A stretch of DNA of 47,700 nt from Patescibacteria group bacterium (GTDB lineage Bacteria > Patescibacteriota > Minisyncoccia > Phycocordibacterales > UBA6899), in NCBI GenBank assembly GCA_036846065.1, contig DAIUCR010000001.1, forward strand, positions 1 through 47,700. Direction: 5' to 3'. Shown here one piece after another: positions 25,502 through 33,833 of the stretch (its first letter is position 1; every line of letters starts with the position of its first letter). The notes under the pieces are model-generated. The model was given only the letters and a program-made list of their open reading frames with translations. It did no database searches and was not told where the DNA came from. Position numbers and translations under genes: made by a program.

Positions 25502-25533
25502 AAAAAGCCCGCATATTGTGCGGGTTTTTGTTT
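25502..25533. terminator. Bidirectional intrinsic terminator
   Basis: Stem GCCCGCA / TGCGGGT with loop TATTG, flanked by AAAAA and TTTTT. Confidence 0.8.
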
Positions 25534-25537
25534 GATA

Positions 25538-26323
25538 CTAAGGTTTTCTTAGGATAAGGAAGCGGATCTGCTCGTACTGGTCATTCCAGAACTCGTATTT
25601 CCATGGCGTACCTTCAAGCATTGTGATGATATCTGGGCGCTGATGTGCATCATGTTCGATGTAGTAGACCCCACCTGGGTTCAAATATGTCGCGCCATGA
25701 TCAATGATCTCATGCACATGTTTGAGTCCTTCTTCGTCGGAGAAGAATGCGAGATGTGGCTCATATCCGACAACACTAAAGTCCATCTCTTCGCGTGCCT
25801 TTGGGTCGATGTAAGGAGGGTTTGCAAATATTGCATCATAGGTTTCAGTGATCTTTTCAAATGCATCACCAGTAAAGATGCGCGTGCGCGATTCATCGAT
25901 ATTATTCTGTTTGATATTTATTGCGATCTGTTCTGCGAGCTTCGGATCGAATTCGCTGAAGTCGACGGTGGAGACGGGGACATGCTTTGCAACTGCAACA
26001 CCGATGCAACCAGAACCAGAAAAGATATCAAGTATCTTAAGTGGTTGCTTGCGCGCTTTGAGTTCACCAATAGCACGCTCGAGCCAGAATTCTGTCTCAG
26101 GGCGGGGGATCATTGGGTGAAGTGTCACATCGATCTTGCATCCAAGGAAGTCGATCCAGCCGATGATGTAGGCGAGAGGTTCTTCCTTTTTTAATCGCTC
26201 GACGTCTGCAAAAAATTCAGGTGATTCAACGCCGGCATATTTTTCTTGCAGGAGCCATTTCACTTCTTGTTCGGGTGGTGTATACATTTGAGCTAGTGTA
26301 GTGGCGAAGCGGTCTTTTTGCAA
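25538..26323 (-). CDS. prmC: Release factor glutamine N5-methyltransferase PrmC/HemK
   Basis: SAM motif ILDIFSGSGCIG and catalytic FANPPYI (NPPY). The start is uncertain (TTG 26323 or ATG 26287). Confidence 0.85.
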   Translation of the reverse strand: MQKDRFATTLAQMYTPPEQEVKWLLQEKYAGVESPEFFADVERLKKEEPLAYIIGWIDFLGCKIDVTLHPMIPRPETEFWLERAIGELKARKQPLKILDIFSGSGCIGVAVAKHVPVSTVDFSEFDPKLAEQIAINIKQNNIDESRTRIFTGDAFEKITETYDAIFANPPYIDPKAREEMDFSVVGYEPHLAFFSDEEGLKHVHEIIDHGATYLNPGGVYYIEHDAHQRPDIITMLEGTPWKYEFWNDQYEQIRFLILRKP

Positions 26324-26345
26324 GAGGATACGGAATGGCTATACT
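26318..26345 (+). promoter_or_regulatory. Promoter of tRNA-Arg (TTGCAA-16-TATACT)
   Basis: -35 at 26318-26323 and -10 at 26340-26345, about 45 nt upstream of the tRNA 5' end. Confidence 0.55.
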
Positions 26346-26390
26346 AAGAAACACTCCTCGTCATTTGATGGTTTCATGCACCCCGAGCAT

Positions 26391-26462
26391 GTCCTTGTCG
26401 TTCAATGGATAGGATACCTCCCTCCGAAGGAGGAAATGCTGGTTCGATTCCAGCCAAGGGCA
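26391..26462 (+). tRNA. tRNA-Arg (anticodon CCG), CCA not encoded
   Basis: Hand-folded cloverleaf. Acceptor stem GUCCUUG/CAAGGGC (one G-U pair) and a 4-bp D stem. Anticodon stem CCUCC/GGAGG with loop CUCCGAA. 4-nt variable loop. T stem GCUGG/CCAGC with loop UUCGAUU. Discriminator A. Confidence 0.85.
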
Positions 26463-26495
26463 CAAAGAAGGGGTGTGGAATTTGATGTGAGAGTG

Positions 26496-27266
26496 CTACC
26501 AATATATTCGCGCATTAAAGATGCTCTCATTCAACTTTTTCTGTGCGTATGATGATTCCGTTTTCGTGAGCACGTCTTCGGGGGTATAAGTGATCTCGAC
26601 AATGACCTCTTTCCCATTTTGTACGAGAGAAAATACACTCGACAGTTTTGTCGCTTCAATAAGCATCATCGGATGATCAGCGTCTGTTGTTGGTATCGGT
26701 GATTGGATCGTGAGCGTTGCATCAGTATCCGAACTAACATTATTTTGGTGGCGTAAGTGAAGTACAAGATGCTTTGTTCCATCCGAAGAGGTGAGATAGG
26801 GTTCATTTTGATATCCTTGATCGGGGATGCTGTAAAAATCAGGGAGTATAACATATGCGCTCCTGATCTCGACGTCTCCGGGATATGGCATAAATCGATA
26901 TCGAGGGGTGTTATCAAGATACGCTTGTGTGTCACCTATGAATATGTCATTGCGCACTGTCAGCTCATTTACTGTTGTCGTGGCACGTCCTCCCAGAAGT
27001 GTTGTTTGTGGCGATAAGGGAGGAGGAAGTATTCCTGGTGTTATGATAGGGGTTGCTATTGTGCAGGGCATGCCACCTGGTGGGCAGGATATCGGAGTTC
27101 CCTCCATGGTGCTTGTTGGTGTGGATTCACTTTTTTGAGAAAGAGCGGACACAGCATCCTCGGTCGTTGGTATTTCTGATGATCTTTTGTCATAAAGGAA
27201 TATTCCAAGAAAGAGGCTTGCGCCAATGACGCTAGTAATGATCATTTTCACGAGTGAGTCATTCAT
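26496..27266 (-). CDS. Hypothetical secreted/membrane-anchored protein
   Basis: N-terminal TM helix (MIITSVIGASLFLGIFL) followed by a Ser/Thr/Pro-rich linker. An extended -10 (TGgTACACT) lies 6 nt before ATG 27266; the longer ORF starts at TTG 27317. Confidence 0.6.
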   Translation of the reverse strand: MNDSLVKMIITSVIGASLFLGIFLYDKRSSEIPTTEDAVSALSQKSESTPTSTMEGTPISCPPGGMPCTIATPIITPGILPPPLSPQTTLLGGRATTTVNELTVRNDIFIGDTQAYLDNTPRYRFMPYPGDVEIRSAYVILPDFYSIPDQGYQNEPYLTSSDGTKHLVLHLRHQNNVSSDTDATLTIQSPIPTTDADHPMMLIEATKLSSVFSLVQNGKEVIVEITYTPEDVLTKTESSYAQKKLNESIFNARIYW

Positions 27267-27349
27267 GTGTTTAGTGTACCACACGCCCCGTGTTGTTTTG
27301 TGTGGAATATGGTACAATTACAGTATATTAATCATCTAACAACACTTAT

Positions 27350-27712
27350 ATGCGTACTACTATCAAGGCGACGAATATCGATCACACGAATGCGATCGAC
27401 ACTTATGTGACCAAGCGCATGCGCGATCTCGAAAAGGTCCTCGACGCAAAAGAGAAGAGTAAGATCGCTCGTGTTGAGGTGGGGAAGTCAACGACACATC
27501 ATCGCGGAGGTAAGGATATATTTTTCGCCGAGGTCATGTTCCATGCGAGCAAGAAAGATTTTCGTGCCGCAGTAAAAGCCGATGATCTGTATGCTGCTAT
27601 TGATAAGATGCGTGATGAGATCGTTCGTGAGGTGACACGCTATCATGAGCGTTTACGCGAGCAGAGAAAAGATGGAGAGCGCGAAATGAAGCGTCATATC
27701 AAAAAGGCGTAA
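27350..27712 (+). CDS. hpf: Ribosome hibernation promoting factor / RaiA family (short form)
   Basis: MRTTIKATNIDHTNAIDTYVTKRMRDLEKVLD... matches the sigma-54 modulation protein/S30EA family pattern. Confidence 0.8.
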   Translation: MRTTIKATNIDHTNAIDTYVTKRMRDLEKVLDAKEKSKIARVEVGKSTTHHRGGKDIFFAEVMFHASKKDFRAAVKADDLYAAIDKMRDEIVREVTRYHERLREQRKDGEREMKRHIKKA

Positions 27713-27722
27713 TCCTTCACTA

Positions 27723-28355
27723 ATGCAAAAACATCGATTCAACCTTGATGAACTCGCTTACTGGGGGGCACTCATATTCTCCGCAGTGATCATCACTTAT
27801 CTCCTGACGACACTCATCAATCTCTCGTATCAAGAAGAAACAGCTTTTTCTGGTGCGACGAATTATAAAAAACAGGTGCGTATGATCACGCTCGATACTT
27901 CCATGGGTCCGATAGTTGTGCGACTTGAGCGAGCGCAGGCTCCTATTACGACAGCAAATTTCATACAACTCGCACAATCAGGATTTTATGATAAGACGAA
28001 GATCCATCGCGTTGTTAAGGGGATGCTTATTCAGGGTGGCGATCCACTCTCGCGCGAGAACGATCGTGAGCTTTATGGCACGGGTGGTCCCGGATATGTC
28101 TTTGAGGATGAGCTCTATGGTGAATCGATGCTTCGTGGCGTTGTTGCTATGGCAAATCGTGGTAAGCCTGGCACGAATGGCAGTCAGTTCTTCATTCTTA
28201 CCAGTGATCAATCTCTGCTCATGAATGGAAGGTATACCGTATTTGGGCAAGTTGTTGAGGGTATGGATATTGTTGACCGCATCAGTGAAGTGGAGACTGA
28301 TGAGGATGAGGTTCCTATTACTCCAATATTTCTCGAGGATGTGGTGATCGAATAG
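27723..28355 (+). CDS. Cyclophilin-type peptidyl-prolyl cis-trans isomerase, membrane-anchored (second copy)
   Basis: N-terminal TM helix (WGALIFSAVIITYLLTTLI). Motifs IHRVVKGMLIQGGDP and GVVAMANRGKPGTNGSQFFI. Confidence 0.85.
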   Translation: MQKHRFNLDELAYWGALIFSAVIITYLLTTLINLSYQEETAFSGATNYKKQVRMITLDTSMGPIVVRLERAQAPITTANFIQLAQSGFYDKTKIHRVVKGMLIQGGDPLSRENDRELYGTGGPGYVFEDELYGESMLRGVVAMANRGKPGTNGSQFFILTSDQSLLMNGRYTVFGQVVEGMDIVDRISEVETDEDEVPITPIFLEDVVIE

Positions 28356-28415
28356 GACTGACCTTGCTTTGCTATTTCCGCTTTTGATGCGCATGCAGTA
28401 AAAACTGTGTGCGCA

Positions 28416-29285
28416 TTATTTATTTCCTCCGCGTAAAAAATCTTCGTATGGCATTTCTTTTTTCCCTTCGGGGACAACTCGGATGATGTTGAGCTTATTG
28501 TCTTTGTATGTTGCGTGAGTGATGCGCACACGAATGTCCTTACCGCTTCTTTTGGTAAAGAAGTATGCCCCTGGCCATTCATCGAATGCCTGTATCTTTT
28601 TGTAATTTGAAAGTGGGTCTTCTTCAAGATCTATGCGCCCATCCTCTTTGATGATCTTCTTTGTGAAAGTTGCTTGTGCGTGGTCTTGTTCCTTTGCTTT
28701 TTGTTCCGTTATCCACTCGGGAATCGTACGTGCAAGAAGTGCACCACCCTCATGTGCAAGTGCGCCGGTGAGCACGCTTCCTTTTGGTGGCCACTCTCTA
28801 GCAGTGTGTAATTCTTGTGCGACGATCGGTCCATGATCGAGGTCTTCGTCGAGTTTCATAATGGTGACTCCGGTCTGTTCTTCGTTTGAAAGAATGACCG
28901 ACTCTATGGGCGATGATCCACGGAATTTTGGCAAGAGTGATGGGTGAACATTGAGCACGCCGTATCGTGGCATCTCAAGTATTTTTTTAGGAATGATCTT
29001 TCCGTACGCGGCAACAATAAAAAGATGAGAGTCGTACAAAGCGAGATTTCTTTCGAACACCTCATCACGAAGCGTTATCGGCGTGAGGACGGGGATATTC
29101 CTTGCTTCCGCCCATACTCTCACCTCGCTCGGTGTCACAATAAGCTTTCTTCCTTTTGGTTTATCTGGTGCGGTAATGACGACAGCCGGAAGATATCCCT
29201 CCTTCTCAAGTTCATCGAGAATTATTGTCGCGAAAAGCGGTGTTCCAAAGTATGCAAAACGAATGCGTGAGGTATCGTTTTCCAT
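28416..29285 (-). CDS. fmt: Methionyl-tRNA formyltransferase
   Basis: FFGTP N-terminus and NVHPSLLPKFRGSSPI (compare HPSLLP.YRG..PI). It lies immediately downstream of def. Confidence 0.9.
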   Translation of the reverse strand: MENDTSRIRFAYFGTPLFATIILDELEKEGYLPAVVITAPDKPKGRKLIVTPSEVRVWAEARNIPVLTPITLRDEVFERNLALYDSHLFIVAAYGKIIPKKILEMPRYGVLNVHPSLLPKFRGSSPIESVILSNEEQTGVTIMKLDEDLDHGPIVAQELHTAREWPPKGSVLTGALAHEGGALLARTIPEWITEQKAKEQDHAQATFTKKIIKEDGRIDLEEDPLSNYKKIQAFDEWPGAYFFTKRSGKDIRVRITHATYKDNKLNIIRVVPEGKKEMPYEDFLRGGNK

Positions 29286-29288
29286 ATA

Positions 29289-29870
29289 TTAAGATGCATT
29301 CTTTGATTTGATCGCGGTTATCTCTTCTTCCGTAAGTTCTTCGATCTCGGTCGCATGATCGATGAAGAGTGTGCCGTTTAGGTGGTCTGTCTCGTGCTGG
29401 AATATTTGCGCAATGAGACCGGATCCTCCGTAAGTAAATGGTTTTCCGTTCTCATCATATGCGCGTATGGTTGCCTTTTCACTGCGGCGAGTGTTTCCAT
29501 ATAACCATCTTACTGAAAGACAACCCTCAGGAACCTTCACCTTCTTTTGTGAGAGCTTGATGATCTCGGGGTTGATGCAGATCATGTCTTTTTCAGGTAG
29601 TTTTTGGGTGATTACACTCGGCTCTCCCTCATTGTGATCTTCTATTGCAAACGCTTTCCGTGAGACGATGAAAATACGGAGTGGGACACCGATCTGCGGG
29701 GCGGCAATGGCAACACCATCAGATTCTTTGTCGAGCGCAAGTTTCATTTGCTCGAGAATGGTGTTGAGCTCACTGGTATTAAAATCCGCTACTTTGACGG
29801 GGGTAGCGATATTGCGCAAAACAGGGTCACCGTCTTGAACTATCGGTGGCGGGAGGATTCCTTTCTTCAT
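29289..29870 (-). CDS. def: Peptide deformylase
   Basis: Motifs GVAIAAPQIG, EGCLS and HETDHLNG. Confidence 0.9.
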   Translation of the reverse strand: MKKGILPPPIVQDGDPVLRNIATPVKVADFNTSELNTILEQMKLALDKESDGVAIAAPQIGVPLRIFIVSRKAFAIEDHNEGEPSVITQKLPEKDMICINPEIIKLSQKKVKVPEGCLSVRWLYGNTRRSEKATIRAYDENGKPFTYGGSGLIAQIFQHETDHLNGTLFIDHATEIEELTEEEITAIKSKNAS

Positions 29871-29957
29871 GATGTCTATTGTACTGAAAATTCATGATTT
29901 TGCTACAGCGCGGAAATATCTCACATAAATAGTGACTTGGTAAAAGTATCGTTTGTC

Positions 29958-31871
29958 TTAGATGACACTTTCGGGGTTGATGCGCACCTGCACATCAGGG
30001 GGTAGTGCTCTGATGAGTCCAAGAAGTTCATCGTTCGGCCAGCCTCCCTTGGGTATCTTAAGGAGTGCGTTCATTCGGTATTTTCCTTTTACGCGTGCGA
30101 TAAAAGAGGGGAAAGTGACAGGGTGGTATATTCCAAAGATCGTTTCGATCTCTTTCATCATTGCAACACCCTCAGCCTTTTTTCCTTCGTAGGTGAATTT
30201 GATGAGCGTTGAGTATGGTGGGTACCCTAATTGTTGACGTATCTCAAGTTCTGTCCGCATGAATTCTCCGATATTGCCCGCGGTGGCAAGTGCGAAGAGT
30301 GGTACATCGGGGTCGCGAGTTTGTATGGAAAAATGATCTTGTGCCTTTTCGCGAAGAGAAAGAAGTAGTCGAAATACTTTTTCGCTCATGCGGAAGTCGG
30401 GGATGGTCAGAAGGGAGTTTACTGAAAGTATTCCGACTGTGGAGATGGGTTCGGTGAGGTAGGGAATTGCCATCTCCGTTCCGATAAGGATCGCACCTGG
30501 TGATTGATAGAATTCTTGAATACATTTCTGTGCTTCCTTGTGATTTTTTATGGAGTCTCTGTCGATACGGAATATTGGCGCTCCAGGAAATCTTTTTTTC
30601 AAGATTTCTTCCGCTTGCGTCGTACCAATGCCGAGCGGAACCATTCTCCACCCACTGCAATGTGTGCAGGTGACATCTGCGTCACGCTCATATCCACAAC
30701 GATGACAAAGAAAGATGTGTTGCGGGTTCCCGTCTTGATCTTTCTCGCCATTCTTCTTGTGGAGTACGATCGGTGCACTACAGCGCTCGCAGGAAAATAC
30801 CGTACCACAGTCACCACAGACGGTCATGGGGGCATATCCACGACGCACTCCAAGGATGAATGTATGTGCACCTCGAGCGCGCGCATCCTTGATCTGATCC
30901 ACGAGTGCGGACGAATAGATAGCAACTCGTCCCGTCGCCGGTTGTTCCCCTGACGTACGCATATCGATGATCTCTTGTTTGGCGATGGATGGAATACGTG
31001 ATTTTGGACGCATGAGTGCTTCAAACTCGCCTTGTTCTTTACGAAATAATGTTTCGGTACGCAAGAAAAGATCACCCAAAATAAGATCCGCATTGATCGC
31101 TTTAGTGAATCGCTCCACGAAGAATCGCATATCTACAAAAGGTCTCCCCTGGAGCGTATAGGTACTCGCACTTTCTTTATCGAGGATCACGCTTTCAATG
31201 TCATGGCGTGGTATTGCGAGGAAGAATGGTGTGCCTATGATGAGTACAGGGTGCTCCATTTCGAGGATCTTTTTCCATCTCTCCTCAAGGGTTTTCTTTG
31301 TGAGTCCACCATGAATGATGAAGGTGTATTCTTGGATACCTTTTTCGAGACTTGCATAGGTGTGTTCGATATCTTGCACAGAGGGGAGTATAAAGAAGCA
31401 CGATGCACCGCGCGCGAATACTTCACGGATGTGGCTTTTGTATGTTGCTCGTCGCTCCGACTCCTCCGCTTGGAAGATGAACTGCTCACGCATGCGTGCT
31501 CGGCGGGCTTCGGGCGGTGTCGGTGTGGCGATATTCTTTGAAGCAAGAAGAACATTTGAAAATACTGCTTGAACGATTGCACCCGTCGAAGCGGCAAAGT
31601 ATTTCGCAGTTTCTTCGCAGGCGTCAATGAATGCGGGGCTGAAGAATTCCGTCGCGTGGACTCGTTCGAGTTTTTTGAGTGAGAATTCGGCTTTTTTGAG
31701 CTCCGCTTTTGCTTCGTGGGCGGGTATTGAGCGGATGACGAGTGCGGGGGTAGATCTTCCGCGCAAAGGAACAGTAACGAGTGCGCCCTTGGGGAGCGTC
31801 TCTTTTGTGAAGTAGGAGAGTTCGTCGATGGGAATGCCACGTTTGATCGGCGCGACGGTAATAATGTTCAT
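29958..31871 (-). CDS. priA: Primosomal protein N' (PriA) homologue with degenerate Walker A and DEAH motifs
   Basis: It has a PriA-like N-terminus and helicase-core colinearity (HGGLTKKTLEERWKKI...LIIGT). The Cys-rich Zn region has four CxxC pairs and the C-terminus is GYPPY. The priA-def-fmt synteny is present. TATGAT lies 6 nt before ATG 31871; the longer ORF starts at 31889. Confidence 0.8.
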   Translation of the reverse strand: MNIITVAPIKRGIPIDELSYFTKETLPKGALVTVPLRGRSTPALVIRSIPAHEAKAELKKAEFSLKKLERVHATEFFSPAFIDACEETAKYFAASTGAIVQAVFSNVLLASKNIATPTPPEARRARMREQFIFQAEESERRATYKSHIREVFARGASCFFILPSVQDIEHTYASLEKGIQEYTFIIHGGLTKKTLEERWKKILEMEHPVLIIGTPFFLAIPRHDIESVILDKESASTYTLQGRPFVDMRFFVERFTKAINADLILGDLFLRTETLFRKEQGEFEALMRPKSRIPSIAKQEIIDMRTSGEQPATGRVAIYSSALVDQIKDARARGAHTFILGVRRGYAPMTVCGDCGTVFSCERCSAPIVLHKKNGEKDQDGNPQHIFLCHRCGYERDADVTCTHCSGWRMVPLGIGTTQAEEILKKRFPGAPIFRIDRDSIKNHKEAQKCIQEFYQSPGAILIGTEMAIPYLTEPISTVGILSVNSLLTIPDFRMSEKVFRLLLSLREKAQDHFSIQTRDPDVPLFALATAGNIGEFMRTELEIRQQLGYPPYSTLIKFTYEGKKAEGVAMMKEIETIFGIYHPVTFPSFIARVKGKYRMNALLKIPKGGWPNDELLGLIRALPPDVQVRINPESVI

Positions 31872-31920
31872 ATTGCCATCATATACCATGTTTTCGTTTC
31901 AGGCATGGGGATTTCGTTAT

Positions 31921-31949
31921 TTGTCGGAAAGTGAAAAAAGTCATATGAT
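31921..31949 (+). promoter_or_regulatory. Promoter abutting murA start (TTGTCG-17-TATGAT, 6 nt to ATG)
   Basis: -35 at 31921-31926, -10 at 31944-31949 and ATG at 31956, with no SD. Confidence 0.55.
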
Positions 31950-31955
31950 TGCGCG

Positions 31956-33245
31956 ATGCAAACTCATTTAGCGATCAAAGGATTGGCAGGAAAACGTACT
32001 TTATCTGGAGAGGTGAAAATTGTTGGAGCAAAGAACGCCGCGCTTAAAGCAATTGCGGCAAGCATTCTTTTTCGTGGCCCGCTCCTTCTTGAAAATGTTC
32101 CCGAAATAGAAGATGTTTCGCGTATACTGGAGATACTTCGCACGATGGGTGCGAATGTTTCAAGTGATGGACATCGCGTGTCTGTCGATACGACACATTT
32201 GAACTCCACAGTACTTACTCCAGAAATATCAAAACGCTTGCGTGCTTCCATTGTGCTCACGGGGCCACTTCTTTCTCGTGAGGGTCGTGTAAAATTCCCA
32301 CACCCTGGTGGTTGTGTCATTGGCGATCGCCCTATCGATCTTTTCTTGGAAGGTTTTAAGAAGATGGGTGCATCGATCAAACATGTTGGAAAATTCTACG
32401 ATCTTCATGCTCCGAAGACTGGACTCCGTGGCGCTGAATTATTTTTCCGCACACAAAGCGTGACCGGTACTGAAACATTCATGATGGCTGCAACACTTGC
32501 GAAAGGTGTAACAACGATCAAGAATGCCGCAATGGAGCCTGAGATCGTCTGGCTTGCAGAATTACTCAATACATCAGGTGCACACATTGAAGGCGCGGGG
32601 ACTCCAACGATAACGATACGTGGTGGTGCGCGACTCACACAGAAGGGGAAAGCCTATCCAGTGATACCCGATCGCATTGAAGCAGGAAGCTTTCTCATTC
32701 TTGGTGCACTCGCGGCAAAGAAACTCACGATTAAAAATATTATTCCAGAGCATCTGGAATCACTTATTGAAACTCTCGAGTATTCGGGGGTTGTTATTGA
32801 AAGGGAAAAGACCGCACTTACGGTGTGTGCCCCCAAGGATCCGTCTCGCTTGCGCGCCGTTTCGATTCGTACGCACGAGTATCCCGGATTTCCAACAGAT
32901 CTTCAGGCACCATTCATGATCTACCTCACACAGGTCACAGGGGAAAGTCTTGTCTTTGAGACGATATTTGAAGGTCGTCTCAATTATACGGAGTCACTCA
33001 ATCGTATGGGGGCGAATATCACCATGATGGATCCGCATCGCGTGCTCGTGAAGGGTTCGACCACTCTTAAGGGGAAGCGTCTTGAGAGTCCGGACCTTCG
33101 CGCGGGACTTGCCTTTGTTATTGCAGGCATCATCGCGGAGGGTGATTCCGAGATCCATAATGTCTACAATATCGACCGTGGATACGAGCGTATCGAGGAG
33201 CGTTTGCGCGCTATTGGCGTTTCAGTCGTGCGCGTTGAGGAATAA
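31956..33245 (+). CDS. murA: UDP-N-acetylglucosamine 1-carboxyvinyltransferase
   Basis: GAKNAALK near the N-terminus, the active-site Cys loop HPGGCVIGDRPIDLF, and YPGFPTDLQAPF. Confidence 0.9.
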   Translation: MQTHLAIKGLAGKRTLSGEVKIVGAKNAALKAIAASILFRGPLLLENVPEIEDVSRILEILRTMGANVSSDGHRVSVDTTHLNSTVLTPEISKRLRASIVLTGPLLSREGRVKFPHPGGCVIGDRPIDLFLEGFKKMGASIKHVGKFYDLHAPKTGLRGAELFFRTQSVTGTETFMMAATLAKGVTTIKNAAMEPEIVWLAELLNTSGAHIEGAGTPTITIRGGARLTQKGKAYPVIPDRIEAGSFLILGALAAKKLTIKNIIPEHLESLIETLEYSGVVIEREKTALTVCAPKDPSRLRAVSIRTHEYPGFPTDLQAPFMIYLTQVTGESLVFETIFEGRLNYTESLNRMGANITMMDPHRVLVKGSTTLKGKRLESPDLRAGLAFVIAGIIAEGDSEIHNVYNIDRGYERIEERLRAIGVSVVRVEE

Positions 33246-33272
33246 ATTCTTTCGTACTTTAAATTTGGAAAT

Positions 33273-33304
33273 AAAGAAACACCCCGCATATTGGGGTGTT
33301 TTTG
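33273..33304. terminator. Bidirectional intrinsic terminator
   Basis: Stem ACACCCC / GGGGTGT with loop GCATATT, flanked by an A-run and a T-run. Confidence 0.8.
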
Positions 33305-33325
33305 TGAGTGAGGCAATCTTGTGAA

Positions 33326-33691
33326 TCAGTGGAGCATAAGTTTCTTTACAAGATCCTCCACTTCTTTCTGCGCTTTCTTTATCGCTTCGCTATCTCCTTC
33401 GAGTTTTGGGTCAGCAAGTAATGCTTGTTGGACGATACGTTTTTTGTCGGGGTGTCTTTCGGATAGTTCAAGAACTCGGTAACAGATGGCGATAGTGTCT
33501 CGCACCATGACTCGTGCTTCTTTTCCAAATCTCTCTTCAAAGACCTCAAGAAAACCATTTCCAATGAGTGCGTATTCTGGATTCTCATTTTGTAAACGGT
33601 TCATTATCTTTGCTCCTATCTCACCTCCTCGAATGAGACGAAGTTCTACCTTGAGTGCACGTATTGCTTCCTTGCTCACTTGAGCGACCAT
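33326..33691 (-). CDS. Hypothetical helical protein
   Basis: AAAGGAG lies 7 nt before ATG 33691. The ORF extends to TTG 33757, so the start is uncertain. No family recognised. Confidence 0.5.
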   Translation of the reverse strand: MVAQVSKEAIRALKVELRLIRGGEIGAKIMNRLQNENPEYALIGNGFLEVFEERFGKEARVMVRDTIAICYRVLELSERHPDKKRIVQQALLADPKLEGDSEAIKKAQKEVEDLVKKLMLH

Positions 33692-33795
33692 TGCAAAACT
33701 CCTTTTGTTCAACATACTTCCATCCTTTACGCTATAGAAAATATTTTTCTCCGTCAAATGAAGTGGATTCGCTCATGGTTTGTCCACTTTTGTGT

Positions 33796-33824
33796 TTGTC
33801 AAAATGGGTAATGCTTCATACAAT
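33796..33824 (+). promoter_or_regulatory. Promoter (TTGTCA-17-TACAAT) 9 nt upstream of ATG 33834
   Basis: -35 at 33796-33801 and -10 at 33819-33824. This places the likely start of the large surface protein at 33834 rather than 33780 or 33804. Confidence 0.55.
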
Positions 33825-33833
33825 GGTATGCAT

